The notes below the pieces were generated by a model. That model saw only the letters and a program-made list of their open reading frames with translations. It was not told where the DNA came from and ran no database searches. From NCBI GenBank assembly GCA_030248215.1, contig JASANG010001414.1, positions 434,001 through 498,000 of the forward strand: DNA of 64,000 bases, given 5' to 3'. Source of the DNA: Enoplolaimus lenunculus (Eukaryota). Made by a program: the position numbers and the translations under genes. Below are positions 1-11,600 of the stretch, piece after piece (positions within the stretch are counted from its first letter, which is position 1; every line of letters begins with the position of its first letter).

Positions 1-278
1 ACCTGATAACAATATTTGCGTTATAGACTACTAAAATAGTAACAACATCCACGTTAAATATGGTTTCTGCACTACAACTTTACCTAAGGACGCGTTTTGT
101 ATTTAACTGTTTAGTAAATAATACCGGTATAGTAGACCGAACTCTTCATGTGACCACTGAATAAACCTGGTTTCTTGAAAATTAATTTAAATAACGGTTT
201 TAATATATGAAACCGATACAGCAAGCAGCGTACCTGCATCTTGAAAAATTGGGTCGTTTCGATATTTTTGGTTTAGAC

Positions 279-450
279 CGGGTCCGTAGGCAAGTGGGTG
301 CAGGGGTGCTCAGCTTCTTCTTCCACCGGTAGAATTTTGCGCACTGCCTGGAAACTCTTCAGCCTTGCTTATAAGTCATCGGAAACCTTTGTATGCCTCT
401 TCTGAAAAATATTAATCCCCCGCTACCAAAGTGACCTGGCTACGGGCCTG
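279..450. mobile_element. hAT-like MITE family B (~170 bp), representative copy
   Basis: Termini C(A/G)GG(C/T)CCGTAG...CTACGGGCCTG with 8-bp TSD gtttagac/gttcagac. Other copies: 3776-3938 (agttgaac/agtcgaac), 25179-25347 (agtaatag/attaatag), and about 7982-8125, 9130-9260, 13562-13717, 14478-14640, 16160-16332, 18504-18662, 27915-28086, 28250-28410, 38000-38159, 45266-45432. CAGG ends plus an 8-bp TSD fit hAT. Confidence 0.8.
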
Positions 451-508
451 GTTCAGACTTCGGTATAACAATAAGGATTGCTCTAATGATAAACATTTAA
501 GAACAATT

Positions 509-541
509 TTAAAGATAGTAAACTGAAAATTTTTCGCTTAA
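509..541 (+). repeat. 33-bp direct repeat, left copy (TTAA...TTAA)
   Basis: ttaaagatagtaaactgaaaatttttcgcttaa; matches 21534-21566 at 32/33 positions. Confidence 0.9.
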
Positions 542-803
542 CCCTTTATCACATGAATACTTTCAATTTCCCCTGAGACCTAATTTTATTCTAGGATTCG
601 AACTCCAGTGCCTGGAGTGGGAGGCGTATACCATCACCACTCAGATTAGGAGCTTGACGCTCGAGCCCGAGGGAGCTCTCACGTCTTGTGGTGATTTAGT
701 GCTATGTATACCTGTTGCAATTATTAAACACTGTGCGATATATATTATTCAACGTATATACACTGCGCTGAGTTGGCTATAGGCAACTCAATGTGAGAAG
801 GGG
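542..803 (+). mobile_element. piggyBac-type MITE (family A) copy 1, with internal tRNA-like module
   Basis: TTAA|CCCTTTATCACAT...ATGTGAGAAGGGG|TTAA; subterminal near-palindrome GAGTTG(G/C)CTATAGGCAACTC; about 91% identical to 21271-21533 by eye. Confidence 0.9.
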
Positions 804-1139
804 TTAATTAAAAATTACCAATATTGCGCTTGGCTTCTTGCTCGCTGCGTTACCGAGATTTTTTTCGCTATTATACATCATACCCCCACGTTAGATTTTT
901 CGGAGTCTGACACTGGTGCAACATGAATTGTATTTTAAACGGTTGCACTGGAGTTGCCTTTGGAGTTTATTTCAGGTCAACAAAATTTGTCTTCTATTTT
1001 TCTCTTTTGAGACACGCACTATTTTCAGCTTTTTTATGTAACTTTTTAATCTTGATTTAATAGAGTAAAGTCTATTTTACCACTTTTAGGTCACCAGATT
1101 TCAAATTATTTACTATTTAATTTTTTATTTTACGTAATC

Positions 1140-1179
1140 ATGGAGAAAAAACTTTATGTCGAGGATGCTGAACCAAAAG
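1140..1179 (+). CDS. Putative exon 1 of the Asp/Arg/His-rich repeat protein (MEKKLYVEDAEPK)
   Basis: ATG at 1140 and AAG|GTTTTA donor at phase 1, which is compatible with the acceptor at 2429 (G+TT=Val). A TTTTAG acceptor at 1089 with an open frame upstream means this may instead be an internal or trans-spliced exon. Confidence 0.5.
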
Positions 1180-1800
1180 GTTTTAGTTGATTAAAATTTT
1201 TTACACTGAATTTAACTTGAAAAGCAATAAAAACGTAACCGCGCGGCCAATGTAAAGAACAGGGGCACAACAGTATTTTACAAGCATATTCTTAAGCCTC
1301 AGCCTAAGAGAAAGCCCAAGCGTAAGAATGGGCATATTCCTGAGACTAAGCCTAAGTCAGACAAAACAATTAGTCTAGCTTTTAAGCTAGTCGAAAGCTT
1401 TTAAGCTTACACTTTTCTAGTCCCACAGAAAAACGTTCTGCCTCTGGGGCCGCCGTGGCTTTTACAAAGCTACCTGCGACTTCGCGGTTATTCCTTTTAT
1501 CTTTTGATTGTTGCCAACACAAAATAGCAAATACTGAATATACTGGAAATCGAAACAAATACTGAATATTGATTATAACTAGTGCTCACATTTTTCAAAT
1601 ATGTGTAGAAACGATTACCAGTTGATGATAGGTTTTCAAACAAACGAACTGTTGATGCGTATATTTAACAAACTTCTCACACGGTAAAAAGCGTCCGCCA
1701 CATAGAACAGGAAAATGTATAGTTAGTTTGGCTCAATAACTCAAAAGTTACTACACCTACTGCCAATTGAGATGAATGCAAAAGCGCAGTTGCAATTTCA

Positions 1801-2003
1801 GGCTTATGTAAAGATCAGGGGCGGAACGTTTTTCTATGTGACTAGAATAGAGTAAGGTTAAGCTTTAGGCTAAATTTTTTGATTGGCTTAGGCTTAGGCT
1901 TAGGCTTAGGCTTAAGCTTGCGAATAAACTCAATCTTACGCTTAGGCTTAGGCTTAGGAATATAGTTATAACAGTGTTCCGCACCCTGTTCTTTACATTG
2001 GCC
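1801..2003. mobile_element. TTAGGC-bearing MITE (GGCC termini, 8-bp TSD; Merlin-like), representative copy
   Basis: Family TIR GGCC(C/A)ATGTA(T/A)AGAACAGGG; TSD caatttca/caatttct; internal (TTAGGC)n/TTAAGC. Other copies at about 1245-1460, 3537-3640, 4070-4263, 4396-4762 (tandem dimer), 11857-12040, 13113-13266, 38980-39134, 39307-39632, 46229-46431, 47180-47351, 53676-53856 and 54221-54332. Confidence 0.8.
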
Positions 2004-2429
2004 CAATTTCTGATCAATAGAATATATAGCCTCATGTATAGGATTTTTTCACTTTTATTTCTACGCTATCCAACTATTAGTAATCTTTTTTTTCTGACAT
2101 AGAGTAGACTGCGAGCAACTTCATAGAGCAAACATTAATTTGCAGAGTTTTTGATAATTATACCACGCGTGCGTTGTGCATAATCTTTACCAGACGTGAG
2201 AGCTCCCTCGGGCTTGTGAGCGTCGACCTCCTATAGCTGAGTAGTGATCGTAAGCACTTTTCACCCGCGAGCATATCAATTAACGCTATCCATTATCAAA
2301 ACCAAATGTTTTAAAATTTCTCATTTATTTACCTGTGGTCCTCAAATGTTGTTTCCAAAAATTACATGCCCTGAACTATAAGTTGTCCGTTTAACGCAGA
2401 AACTATAGCTACAAATTTTTCAATTTTAG

Positions 2430-3139
2430 TTCATACCCAACGATACGAGGGAGACTACTACGGTCCTGGAGGGGGTGGCGTCCGACCCAGCGGTCATGAT
2501 CGGGACTACGATCGCCGCGATCGCGATTTTGATGACGACCGTGACCGACATCACCGCCATCGCCATCGCGACGACCGTCCCGATGATGATTACAGCCGTC
2601 GACATCATAGCGGCGATCGTCGTGATCGACGCGACGATCCATTTGATCGACGTGACGATCCATTTGATCGACGTGACGATCCATTTGATCGACGTGACGA
2701 TCCATTTGATCGACGTGACGATCCATTTGATCGACGTGACGATCCATTTGATCGTCGCGACGACCAACGCGATGATCCTTTTGATCGGCGCGAGAACAGA
2801 CGTGACGATCCTTTTGATCGATGCGACGACCGACGTGAAGATCCTTTTGATCGACGCGACCGCCACCATGATCCATTTGACACCAATCGAAATTTTGACG
2901 ATGATAAAGGCCGCCGCCATCACGGTCGACATCATGGAAGCGGCGGAGGCCACCACCATAAAGAATATCGCTTCGAACAGAGAGATGAATATCGAACGGA
3001 CACTGGCGGCGGGTCGCGTTTTGGAGACCGGGATTTTGGATCAGGACGGGATACATTCGACCGGATGAAAGATGAGATGGAACGTGAGTTTGACGATATG
3101 GAGCGGCAGATGAGAGGCGATCGTGTACTGTTTGGTGAT
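2430..3139 (+). CDS. Terminal exon of an Asp/Arg/His-rich low-complexity protein with DRRDDPF repeats (about 249 aa with exon 1)
   Basis: TTTTAG acceptor at 2424-2429, then an uninterrupted frame HTQRYEGDYYGPGGGGVRPSGHDRDYDRRDRDFDDDRDRHHRHRHR...(DRRDDPF)x6...FDRMKDEMEREFDDMERQMRGDRVLFW* (TGA 3137-3139). The GC-rich island coincides with this frame, and AT-rich 3'UTR-like sequence follows. Not in the ORF track because the frame has no early start codon. Confidence 0.8.
2624..2878 (+). repeat. Coding minisatellite: six 21-bp units followed by four degenerate 30-33-bp units
   Basis: GATCGACGTGACGATCCATTT x6 (2624-2749), then DRRDDQRDDPF, DRRENRRDDPF, DRCDDRREDPF and DRRDRHHDPF. Confidence 0.95.
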
Positions 3140-4894
3140 GGCCGTTGATAAACATGAGCCTAAATGTTGTGTAGCTTATTTTAATTATATATTATTTTTA
3201 ATTTTTACTACTTTATTATTAAAAATTTTATGTAAAAGATTGTAAAAAATTATAAATAACGAAAATAATTCAAACTGTGGGTGTTTAGGCAGAAAACAAA
3301 CATGGAACAAATTGCGATTCAGGCTACGATTTTGGCAAAATTTAGGCTCAGGTTCGGGTAATTGGTTAGGCCCATGTTACTTTAAGGGGCGTCCAGGTTA
3401 CGTGGTTGAGCTTTCATTTAACATATTATTTTATCAGTTACATTTTAGGTATATACAGTAATAACGTTAGGTAAACCTTAAGTTTCGCACACTGGGCGAT
3501 GTTCCGAGTTGCGCATTTGCATTTGTTAGGTATTTGGGCCAATGTAAAGAACAGGGGCGTAACAGTATTATAAGGATATTCCTAAGCCTGAGCCAAGCCT
3601 AAGCCTATGCCTAAGCCAGGCAAAAAATTAGTCTTTGCCTATTTTGATATCAACAAATATTTCAAGCAAAATTTCGTTTTGCAAACAATAAATATTTTGT
3701 TTATTAAACATACAAACATATTGCTGTATAAAATATGAAATACAAATATTTTTGGCTGAGTTCGCGCAGTTGAACCAGGACCGTAGCCAGAAGATTCAAT
3801 AAGGAGCTCAGATCCTCCTGAAAAAATTTTGCTCCATCTGAAAAATTTTCAACCTTGCTTGTCAGTCATCGGAAACGCTTGTATGCACCTGCTGAAAATT
3901 TTTTAGCCCTCTAGCAAGGTAAGCTGACTACGGGCCTGAGTCGAACTAACGAACAAAACATTTCATGACGTTATTACGCTGATTGAGCTACGCGAACTGG
4001 CAAAATATGACAATCGCAGTTGTAACTAAAGGTTCTCGTGCGGGAAATGTATAACTTCATGAAAAAGTTGGCCTGTGTATAGAACAGGACCGGAATGTTT
4101 TCCTGCAGGGTTGTAATAGTGTTAACTTAAGCTTTAACTTTTTTGCTTAGACTTAGGCCTAAGCTTAAGCTTAGGAGTAGGATCATCCTTACATTTAGCC
4201 ATAGGCTTAAGCTTAGGCTTAAGTTAAGAAATATGCTTTTGACCTAAGTTCTATACATGGGCCAAAAACTTTATGGCCACTGAGCGTAGAATAAGGGAGA
4301 ACCTATTTTTCACCTTTAGAATACACCAGCTATTTTAAAGCATTTAAATGTCGCTCTTCTTTTATCTCCAAATATTTCAAGGGCGTACGCAAGCGGGCCA
4401 ATGTATAGAGCAAAGCCGGAACAGCAGTATAAGCATATACCTATGACTAACCCTGAACCTAAGCATAAGCGTAAGAATAAGCTTATACCCTAGCCTAAGC
4501 CTAGGCAAAAAATTGTCTACAGCTTACGCTTACTCTATTGCAGGCGCCCAGAAAAACGTTCCGCCGCTAGCGGGCCAATGTATAGAACAGGGCTACAACA
4601 ATAGTGTAAGCATATGCCTATGACTAACCTTAAACATAAGCCTATAAGCGTAAGAATAAGCTTATACCTTAGCCTAAGCCTATGGAAAAATGGTATAAAG
4701 CTTACGCTTACTCCATTGCAGTCGCCCAGAAAAACGTTCCGCCTCTGATTTGTAAATGGGCCAGCATGCACAAGATAAAGCCGCGCGCAGTGCCAAATGG
4801 TTAAAAATTATTCGCTAGCTTTTAGCAAGCGTTTTTGATTAACAGCCAATCACGATCCATCTGTATACATAAAATATAAAAATACTGAAAGAAT

Positions 4895-6100
4895 CTAAAC
4901 GTTATACCCGAGATTAATATCAAGTTTGGTCATGAGCTCAATTTGTGCCGCGTTCGGATCACACAAAAACCGTAAATAATACAACAGTAACGCGCGATAT
5001 TTGTCCGAAAATGCAACATAAATAATAATATTAATACTCATATTAATGAGTACAAGCGTATTACTTGTATCAACGATAAGGCTGTACAATTTTGCTGAAT
5101 TTTCGCCGCTAAAAAATCCAATTTCTAAAAAACTTGCGAGCAAAGCGAGTACGTTACAAATTAAAAACACAATCACGACACCCATAAGCATTAGCGTTGT
5201 TTTGAATTCTTTTCTCGCTTCATCCCGTGACTCTTGGCATGCGTTCAACGCAATTTCTTGTTTCCGCATCCGCGTTCGGTGTACCGATACAATAACTAAC
5301 GTATTCATAATAATTAATAGAATAAATGGTATTAGTAACATTACTAACATATACATCCATCCTAAATACAGTTGAACATACAGATCTGTACGAATCGATC
5401 CAGCGCTTGCGGACGCAAGCTTTCCGTTATACAGTGACGAGTAACAGAAAATAATATTCAATTCGACACATTTGGGTAAATTATAAAGCACAGAAAACGC
5501 AAGAACGCCACTGATCACAGTTTTAACCATTCGCCGGTTACAAATCCGATGGGCCGAAAACGGAAAATGAACGCATACAAATCGATGCCATGATACACAG
5601 ACAGTTAGCCACACTGAACTTGTTTGAGCCATAATACATACAGGGTATGTAACATACATTGCTTGAGTTGCAAAAGTTGCAAGCTGCAAGTAGCGATTCG
5701 TTTCTGCGATCCGAGGTAACGGGAAATTGAACATACTACACAAAAGTGCGATCAGATCTGAACCCGACAAGCATGCAAGATACCAATTGATAACGCTCGA
5801 TTTGCGCATACACGAATGACAAAATACTGCCAGATTGCAAACGTTCGCTAAAATGCCTAAGCTTATTATTACCGTCATGATAATAGCGACTTCGTACTCG
5901 TTTTCTGTAAACGTTGAGCCATCGTTGCACAGTGTGATACTTGGTGAACTGTTGGCAATTCGAGTTAGATTGATTTCTTCGTCGATCAGTTGATAATAGA
6001 ACGCGGTTGAGGTGGTCGTGTTTTCGGAAGCAAACGGCCGAGTTGCGATAGTCGCCTGTGTGAGTTGACCGGCGAACGATTCTGGCGACGAAGGTGACAT
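4895..6100 (-). CDS. Rhodopsin-class neuropeptide GPCR, FMRFamide receptor-like (nematode FRPR family), single coding exon, 401 aa
   Basis: Seven hydrophobic segments; motifs GILAN, YLACLSGSD, AQTSSVWLTVCVSWHRFVCVHFP, FSVLYNLPK, IPFILLIIMN, MLMGVVIVFLICN and SNTLVLINMSINIIIY, typical of FMRFamide/FRPR receptors. In-frame stop five codons upstream of the ATG. Confidence 0.93.
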   Translation of the reverse strand: MSPSSPESFAGQLTQATIATRPFASENTTTSTAFYYQLIDEEINLTRIANSSPSITLCNDGSTFTENEYEVAIIMTVIISLGILANVCNLAVFCHSCMRKSSVINWYLACLSGSDLIALLCSMFNFPLPRIAETNRYLQLATFATQAMYVTYPVCIMAQTSSVWLTVCVSWHRFVCVHFPFSAHRICNRRMVKTVISGVLAFSVLYNLPKCVELNIIFCYSSLYNGKLASASAGSIRTDLYVQLYLGWMYMLVMLLIPFILLIIMNTLVIVSVHRTRMRKQEIALNACQESRDEARKEFKTTLMLMGVVIVFLICNVLALLASFLEIGFFSGENSAKLYSLIVDTSNTLVLINMSINIIIYVAFSDKYRALLLYYLRFLCDPNAAQIELMTKLDINLGYNV

Positions 6101-6157
6101 TTTGTTGTAGCTTCAGTTGGAATTTTAAACGCTTCGGTTGCGCTGTTGCACTTTGCG

Positions 6158-6273
6158 GTTGTTGTTGTTGTTGTTGTTGTTGTTGTTGATGATGATGTTG
6201 TTGTTGTTGTTGTTGTTTGTTGGAGTTGTTGTTGTTGTTGGTGGTGGTGGTGGTGGCGTTGGTGTTGGTGTTG
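6158..6273. repeat. (GTT)n/(GGT)n trinucleotide microsatellite just upstream of the GPCR start
   Basis: Directly visible imperfect GTT/GAT/GGT run beginning 58 bp upstream of the GPCR ATG. Confidence 0.95.
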
Positions 6274-7018
6274 TTCTTATGTTTTCGAAGTAATTTCCGC
6301 TGTTTCTTGTTGCTTTTTTCGGCTGTTTATACGGCGGTTCGTCAAATGTTTTGGTTTGTTATGCTTCTGGTTGCTCTTCTCGTGTTTCCGGTTTTGTTTT
6401 TCGTGTTTTGGCTGCTGCTGTAGTGTTTTTATGCTTCGGGTTGCGTTTTCGAAATTCCACCAGTGTTCGACAGTTCTCGTTGCGTTTCACTTGATCTCTG
6501 CTGTGTTTCTCTCGCGTTTGTCGTTGTATTTCCACTACTTTCACAGTTCCGCTTGTTTCGTTCCAGATGCCGGGATTGAGTGTCCGGTTGTTTCGGATAC
6601 GACAGCGCAACGTTTGTATTAACAGTAGATTGAAATCGCAAATTTCATCGTTTATATAGAAAATATTAATAAACTTTCTATGTAGATTTAGTGATACTAG
6701 AAAAAACGTAAAAACACAATTGAGAAATAGTGGTAAAAATTCAAAGTTTCAGTGATAATGGTCGTTATGACAAGTCGCAAATCAGTCGAGGCTAAACATT
6801 TTTAAAATCTTTGCTGTAGTGCGCAGTTGGCCGTTTGGTAAACCGAAATAGCCCTGTTAGCAGCATAAGCGGTCGTAAAAAATAATTCAATGGCATAAGC
6901 TCTTCCTCTTACTGTTCGAAGTTTATTGACGACTTTTAAGCACCTCTAATATTTACATCACTGTCGTATAAAAGAGCAATACATAAATTGAAACTCGCCA
7001 AATTAATAGCAAAACACT

Positions 7019-7212
7019 CAGGGCCGGAGCAGCCACCCCCCATACCCTCATTTAGGGGCTCCACCCCTAAAAGGGCCCCTACCCTAACCGGTCGAAATAA
7101 AAATCGCTTAAGTTTTAAAATGCGCCTGGTTTCTAGCTCTCTTCGCTCGCGAGTGTGAGAGCCCCCACTCTGGAATTTGGGGGAACCCCCACCCCCGCCT
7201 GCTCCGGCACTG
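7019..7212. mobile_element. hAT-like MITE (CAGGGCCGGAGCAG TIR)
   Basis: CAGGGCCGGAGCAG...CTGCTCCGGCACTG with degenerate 8-bp TSD aaaacact/aaaatacc. Two further copies lie inside the 262-bp duplication at 50972-51495. Confidence 0.7.
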
Positions 7213-8365
7213 AAAATACCACAAGTCCAGTTTTCCACCACTAAAGTGTGCACAGATAATAAAGACGGAAATTTAAATGGTACTAACTTCTACCGGTACG
7301 GCTTTCAAGATGCCTTACGAACCGAAACACTGTGTTTTACGACCAGGACAGCATATACCCGATGTCACCATTTTTTGACTTTCCATTAAACGTAATTTTT
7401 GGCTTTTACCGGGTTTTTTTCAAAACCTTTTAAGGTCGGTCGTAAATGCAACATCTGAGTTGATCATATTTCATTCACCAGCTCACAACTCCGCTGTTGT
7501 TGCAGTTTTAAATGTGGGAACCCAATTTAAAAAAATTGGTTCGAATTTATAAACCTCACCGGTCAATGCTGTTATTTGGGAGTGTAATAGTTGCGTAAGC
7601 ATATTTCTACCATAAAGCTTTACTGTCAGTGAAAAGATAAGTCTGAAACTAAGCCTAAGCCTAAGCGAAAAAAAGAGTCTAAAGCATAAGCCTTAAGTAT
7701 TGCAGTACCGTGGGTAACCGCTACGTCTCTAATGCCAACCTGGAACAAATGCACAATCGATGATGCCTTATTGGCAACCCAGTTGTCCGAGCGGTAATTC
7801 GCGATGGGTAAATCAGACAACGTTGGCAAGTTGGAAGCGTTCAGTTTCAATTGTGGTTACTGATTAAATTTCGCAACAAGGACTGAGTTAAATTGTTGAA
7901 GTGTCAGAAGATTTAAATACCTTAATTTTGATATCATTTAACTTTAACATTCATACCCCCCAAAAAACTAAAACTTCATTCAAACAGGCTCGTTTCCTTG
8001 CTAGGGGGGGGGGGTAAAAATTTTCAGGAAAGACATACAAGGCTTTTCATCGACTTACAAGCAAGGTTAAAAATTTCCTGGGGCGGGCAAAATTTTTTTC
8101 AAGGGGGGCTACGCCCACTGGCTCCGCTGCAGTGACGAATTCAGACCAGCCCAAACATTTCCCCAACAATTTCTGGCGCGAGAGTTAACGAACTGTTATA
8201 TATACTTTAAACAAGTACAATAAGGTATCACGACAATTCGTCGACTGACAACTTGTGATCCATCGGCTCGACAATTTATCGCCCATCATTATGCTTAGGC
8301 TTAGGCTTAGATTTCACACAAGTCTATGCTTAGTTTTATTCATTGGCTTGAGGACACCCTTGCAC

Positions 8366-8649
8366 CAATGACGGATCCATGGGGGACCACCCCGGACATG
8401 GCCCCCACCAACACCATAGCCTTTAAATTTGTGCCTGTTTGAAACCAAATCTGAATTTATGTTGCCACCCTGTTGTTTAGATCTAAATTGCGTTAATGCG
8501 TTAGTTTTGTTTGTGATTCATCTCAATTGAACGAACGTAAAGAAGTCAATTATGACAATAGTTCGTGGTCTGTGTGTGGGTCAAAAATAAGTTTGTTACC
8601 TATGAAATTTTGGCCCCTCCCCCATTATGAGATCCTGGATCTGCCACTA
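8366..8649. mobile_element. hAT-like MITE (CAATGRCGGATCC TIR) nested in an older TTAGGC-containing repeat
   Basis: TSD ccttgcac/ccttgtgc; same family as 32444-32626. The host repeat at about 8225-8690 resembles 48545-48770 in reverse orientation. Confidence 0.65.
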
Positions 8650-11600
8650 CCTTGTGCGACAAGCTGTCGGTCGACGAGCAAAAAATGTTAATAAATCCTT
8701 GCTCGGTGGTCTTTAATACCAAAAACAACACCGTCGCCTGTCTACCTTGTTCAAACTGCCCTAAAAATGCCATGAAAGCGTAAAGAAGAATTTCATAGGA
8801 TTTATACGTCGGCCAAACTCGATTCAGAAACAACCAAACTTCATCCAAGAGGTCGGGCTGTCTTAGCCTTGGTTCCTTTTGGTTGGCTACGGACCAACGT
8901 GAAAACTGTATATATTATAGACTAGTAGCAATAGTACAAATAGGGTCAAACCTACTAATCACACATATAAAGGCTTTTTAATCGTACCCGAAATGAATGA
9001 TGCTGTTGTTGTGGTTAAAACAAATATGTGTATTACTCAAAAATAACAACGTCAGAACACAAGTTTTTTTAAGCTCGACACCATACATAATACGCTTAGT
9101 CTTTTGTATACAGAGGCGTGACAAATAGCTCGAGCCCGTAGGTGCAGAGGGTGGCCAGGCAGAGGGGCTCAACCCCACGTGAAAAGTTTTTCGCCACCTG
9201 CAAAAAATTTTCAACCTTGCTTGTAAGTCATCGAAAACTCTTCTAAGGTGAGCTGGCGTGCAATAGTTTGCGTCAGGGGCAACAAATACGGCGTCGTTCG
9301 AAAAATCGAAACTCCTTATTGGTGTCGCTGTTGCATTGATTAGTCGTTGTCGTAAAGCAGATTGCAAATTTTATTTTTAAAGCCACAATATTTTAGCCGT
9401 TTTTTGAGCCGCCATCTGTTCGAGCGTCGCTTGCTAAAGCCAAACCTACGACTACGCCGCTGCTTTTTTGAAATATATTGAAACTGACAGATTTTTGAAA
9501 ATTTACACACCGCAGGGAGTGGGCGATAGTGCTATACGGAGTTTTCTGAATTGTGTACGGAGTCTATTTTGGGCGTGGGGATATCAACTCGATTTGATTC
9601 AGTACGCGTACCGTGTCATTTTTATTGTAAGAGAATTAGCCGTTTGTGTTTGCTTTGGTAACCTTCGAACTTAGTTAGGAAGTCGTTCCCCGGAGTGCCG
9701 ACCGATTTGAACTTCTGGGTTCGCTGTGTTATAATAGATTGGTGAATAAATAGCGCCAGAACTACTAGCAAAAAGTTTTCTGTAAAGCAATGTTAGGGGG
9801 CATAAGACATATAGCCCTTTCCCCAATGACTATGCCTGTTATAACGCAGAAGTGGATGCAACTGGGGGATAGTAGAGTGTCTCACCAGACAATTTTTGTA
9901 AAAAAATGGTAAGTTGCCTACATTACAAATTTTTACTTTTATTCCGTTCATTCCATCTAGGAATCGAGTTATACCATTGATCTCTACAAAACGATTTTTT
10001 ATATTGAGGATAAATTCGAAATAAACGATTTCCATCACTGTAGAACTTTATCATTTTATAACAAAAAACTTCTTCATATGGGGCGTACGACCCCCACCGC
10101 CTATGGATCTGTGAGTGACTGCTTTCACTGTTGAATATGGCCACTTTTTGTATAAACATTGAGATCGCAAAGAATACCTAGCGGTTAGTTCCGTTTTTGG
10201 CAAACCATCAAGCCTACACAGAACGTTTACTACGGCCGGCAGTTGTTTATATGTGATTTTCAAATGGGCATTTGCTTATGACACAACGAAGACTGAACTA
10301 AATATACAAACTGAAATGAGTTCAAATTATTTCCGTGTTAAAGTTGTGGTTGTTGTAAAAACATTTAGTTTAATGAATGGTATTTTTGCTGAAAATACAG
10401 TAGGAAACGAGGCCGTAACAGCGACTCACATAACCCACGCTTGGGGGCACACGGCCAACCCTGAGAATTTGGAATGGACCACACACTAGCCTAGTCCGGC
10501 ACTGGTAGGTAATAGCTTAGATATATTTGTAAAACTCATTGAACAAAACTGATATCTGTAATGTAACAACATTAATAAACTAGTTTTGAATCGTCAATCG
10601 TGGCCCTGGACGATTGTTGTTAACCAAGAATACCGACTCAAATTGACTCTCTCCGAAATAGGATTTTCCTGACTACACAAACTGAGCCAAAATTTGACTC
10701 CGCCACTAGTCAAATTCGATTCACTGAGTGGCACGTTTGACTCTCTGGCGGAGTCGAATTTTGACTCAGTTTGTGCAGTCAGGAAAAGCCTATTTCGAAG
10801 AGAGTCAATTTGACTCACCATTTTTGCAGTGTACCAGCAACAAACTGAACTTTATTGTGAAAGTTACTCAAAATGATAGCTGGACAAAGGTTGTTTGAAA
10901 AATTATGTTTCAATTTACATTAAGTCCGGAGCCAGTTCAACATGTAAACAAGGGGTCACGGTTGATTTCACAAGGATTACAAGCGGAACAACAACTTTGC
11001 TATGGGGAACAAAGCTTTCCTAGCGAGGTTGGGCCCACCGTGCTTGTTATAAACTACGGATCCGATTGCACTTATTTAAGTTGCAAGCAAAATTATTAAT
11101 GACTGAGTTTTCGTAGCGAAATTTACCACTGTCTCTAGAGAAGAATACTTACAGTATATATCGTAGCCTTTAAGCTCATTCTAAATAATAAACATATTTA
11201 TCAGTTTCCTTTATTGGTCACATGAGGTTTGATAAGCATGGTCTATAATCAAGTTCAACGCCTTCTCATGATACAAAATACCTCTTAAAATTAGGGTTTG
11301 TGATATTTTGTCACAATTTTAAGTTTGCTGCCTGATAAATGCAAATAAATCAAAGCTCAGGCCAATCTGCTATTCAGGCCGATTACTAATTTGCCTGGGC
11401 CAATCTGTTATTCTGAGCAAATAGCAGTTTGACGTAGGCAAGATAACAATTGTAAGATGTTGTAAAACAACACTTAACGCTTATTGGGTATCGTTATTGC
11501 GTTTGACCAAATAATCAAATATGATTGGTCTATAAGTGCAATAGCAGTTCAGCTTAGGCCAAAGTGCTATTGCATAAAATAGCACATTGGCTTAAGCCAA

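Noticed and set aside
1886..1957. True telomere or chromosome end
   Set aside because: The TTAGGC runs are short, degenerate and enclosed by TIRs and TSDs.
2624..2878. DDPF repeats as FMRFamide-like (xDPFLRFamide) neuropeptides, i.e. a ligand next to its receptor
   Set aside because: No LRF-G amidation motif and no clear signal peptide; the resemblance is limited to DPF.
2409..3155. Four ORF-track ORFs over the 21-bp repeat (hydrophobic IKWIVTS/IHLIDVT, Ser/Arg and HVDQMDR frames)
   Set aside because: Shadow frames that stay open because the repeat lacks stops. The unlisted + frame fits the splice acceptor and the GC island boundaries best.
6146..6641. ORFs rich in Val/Cys/Trp upstream of the GPCR
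   Set aside because: Products of the GTT/GGT microsatellite and the biased leader composition.
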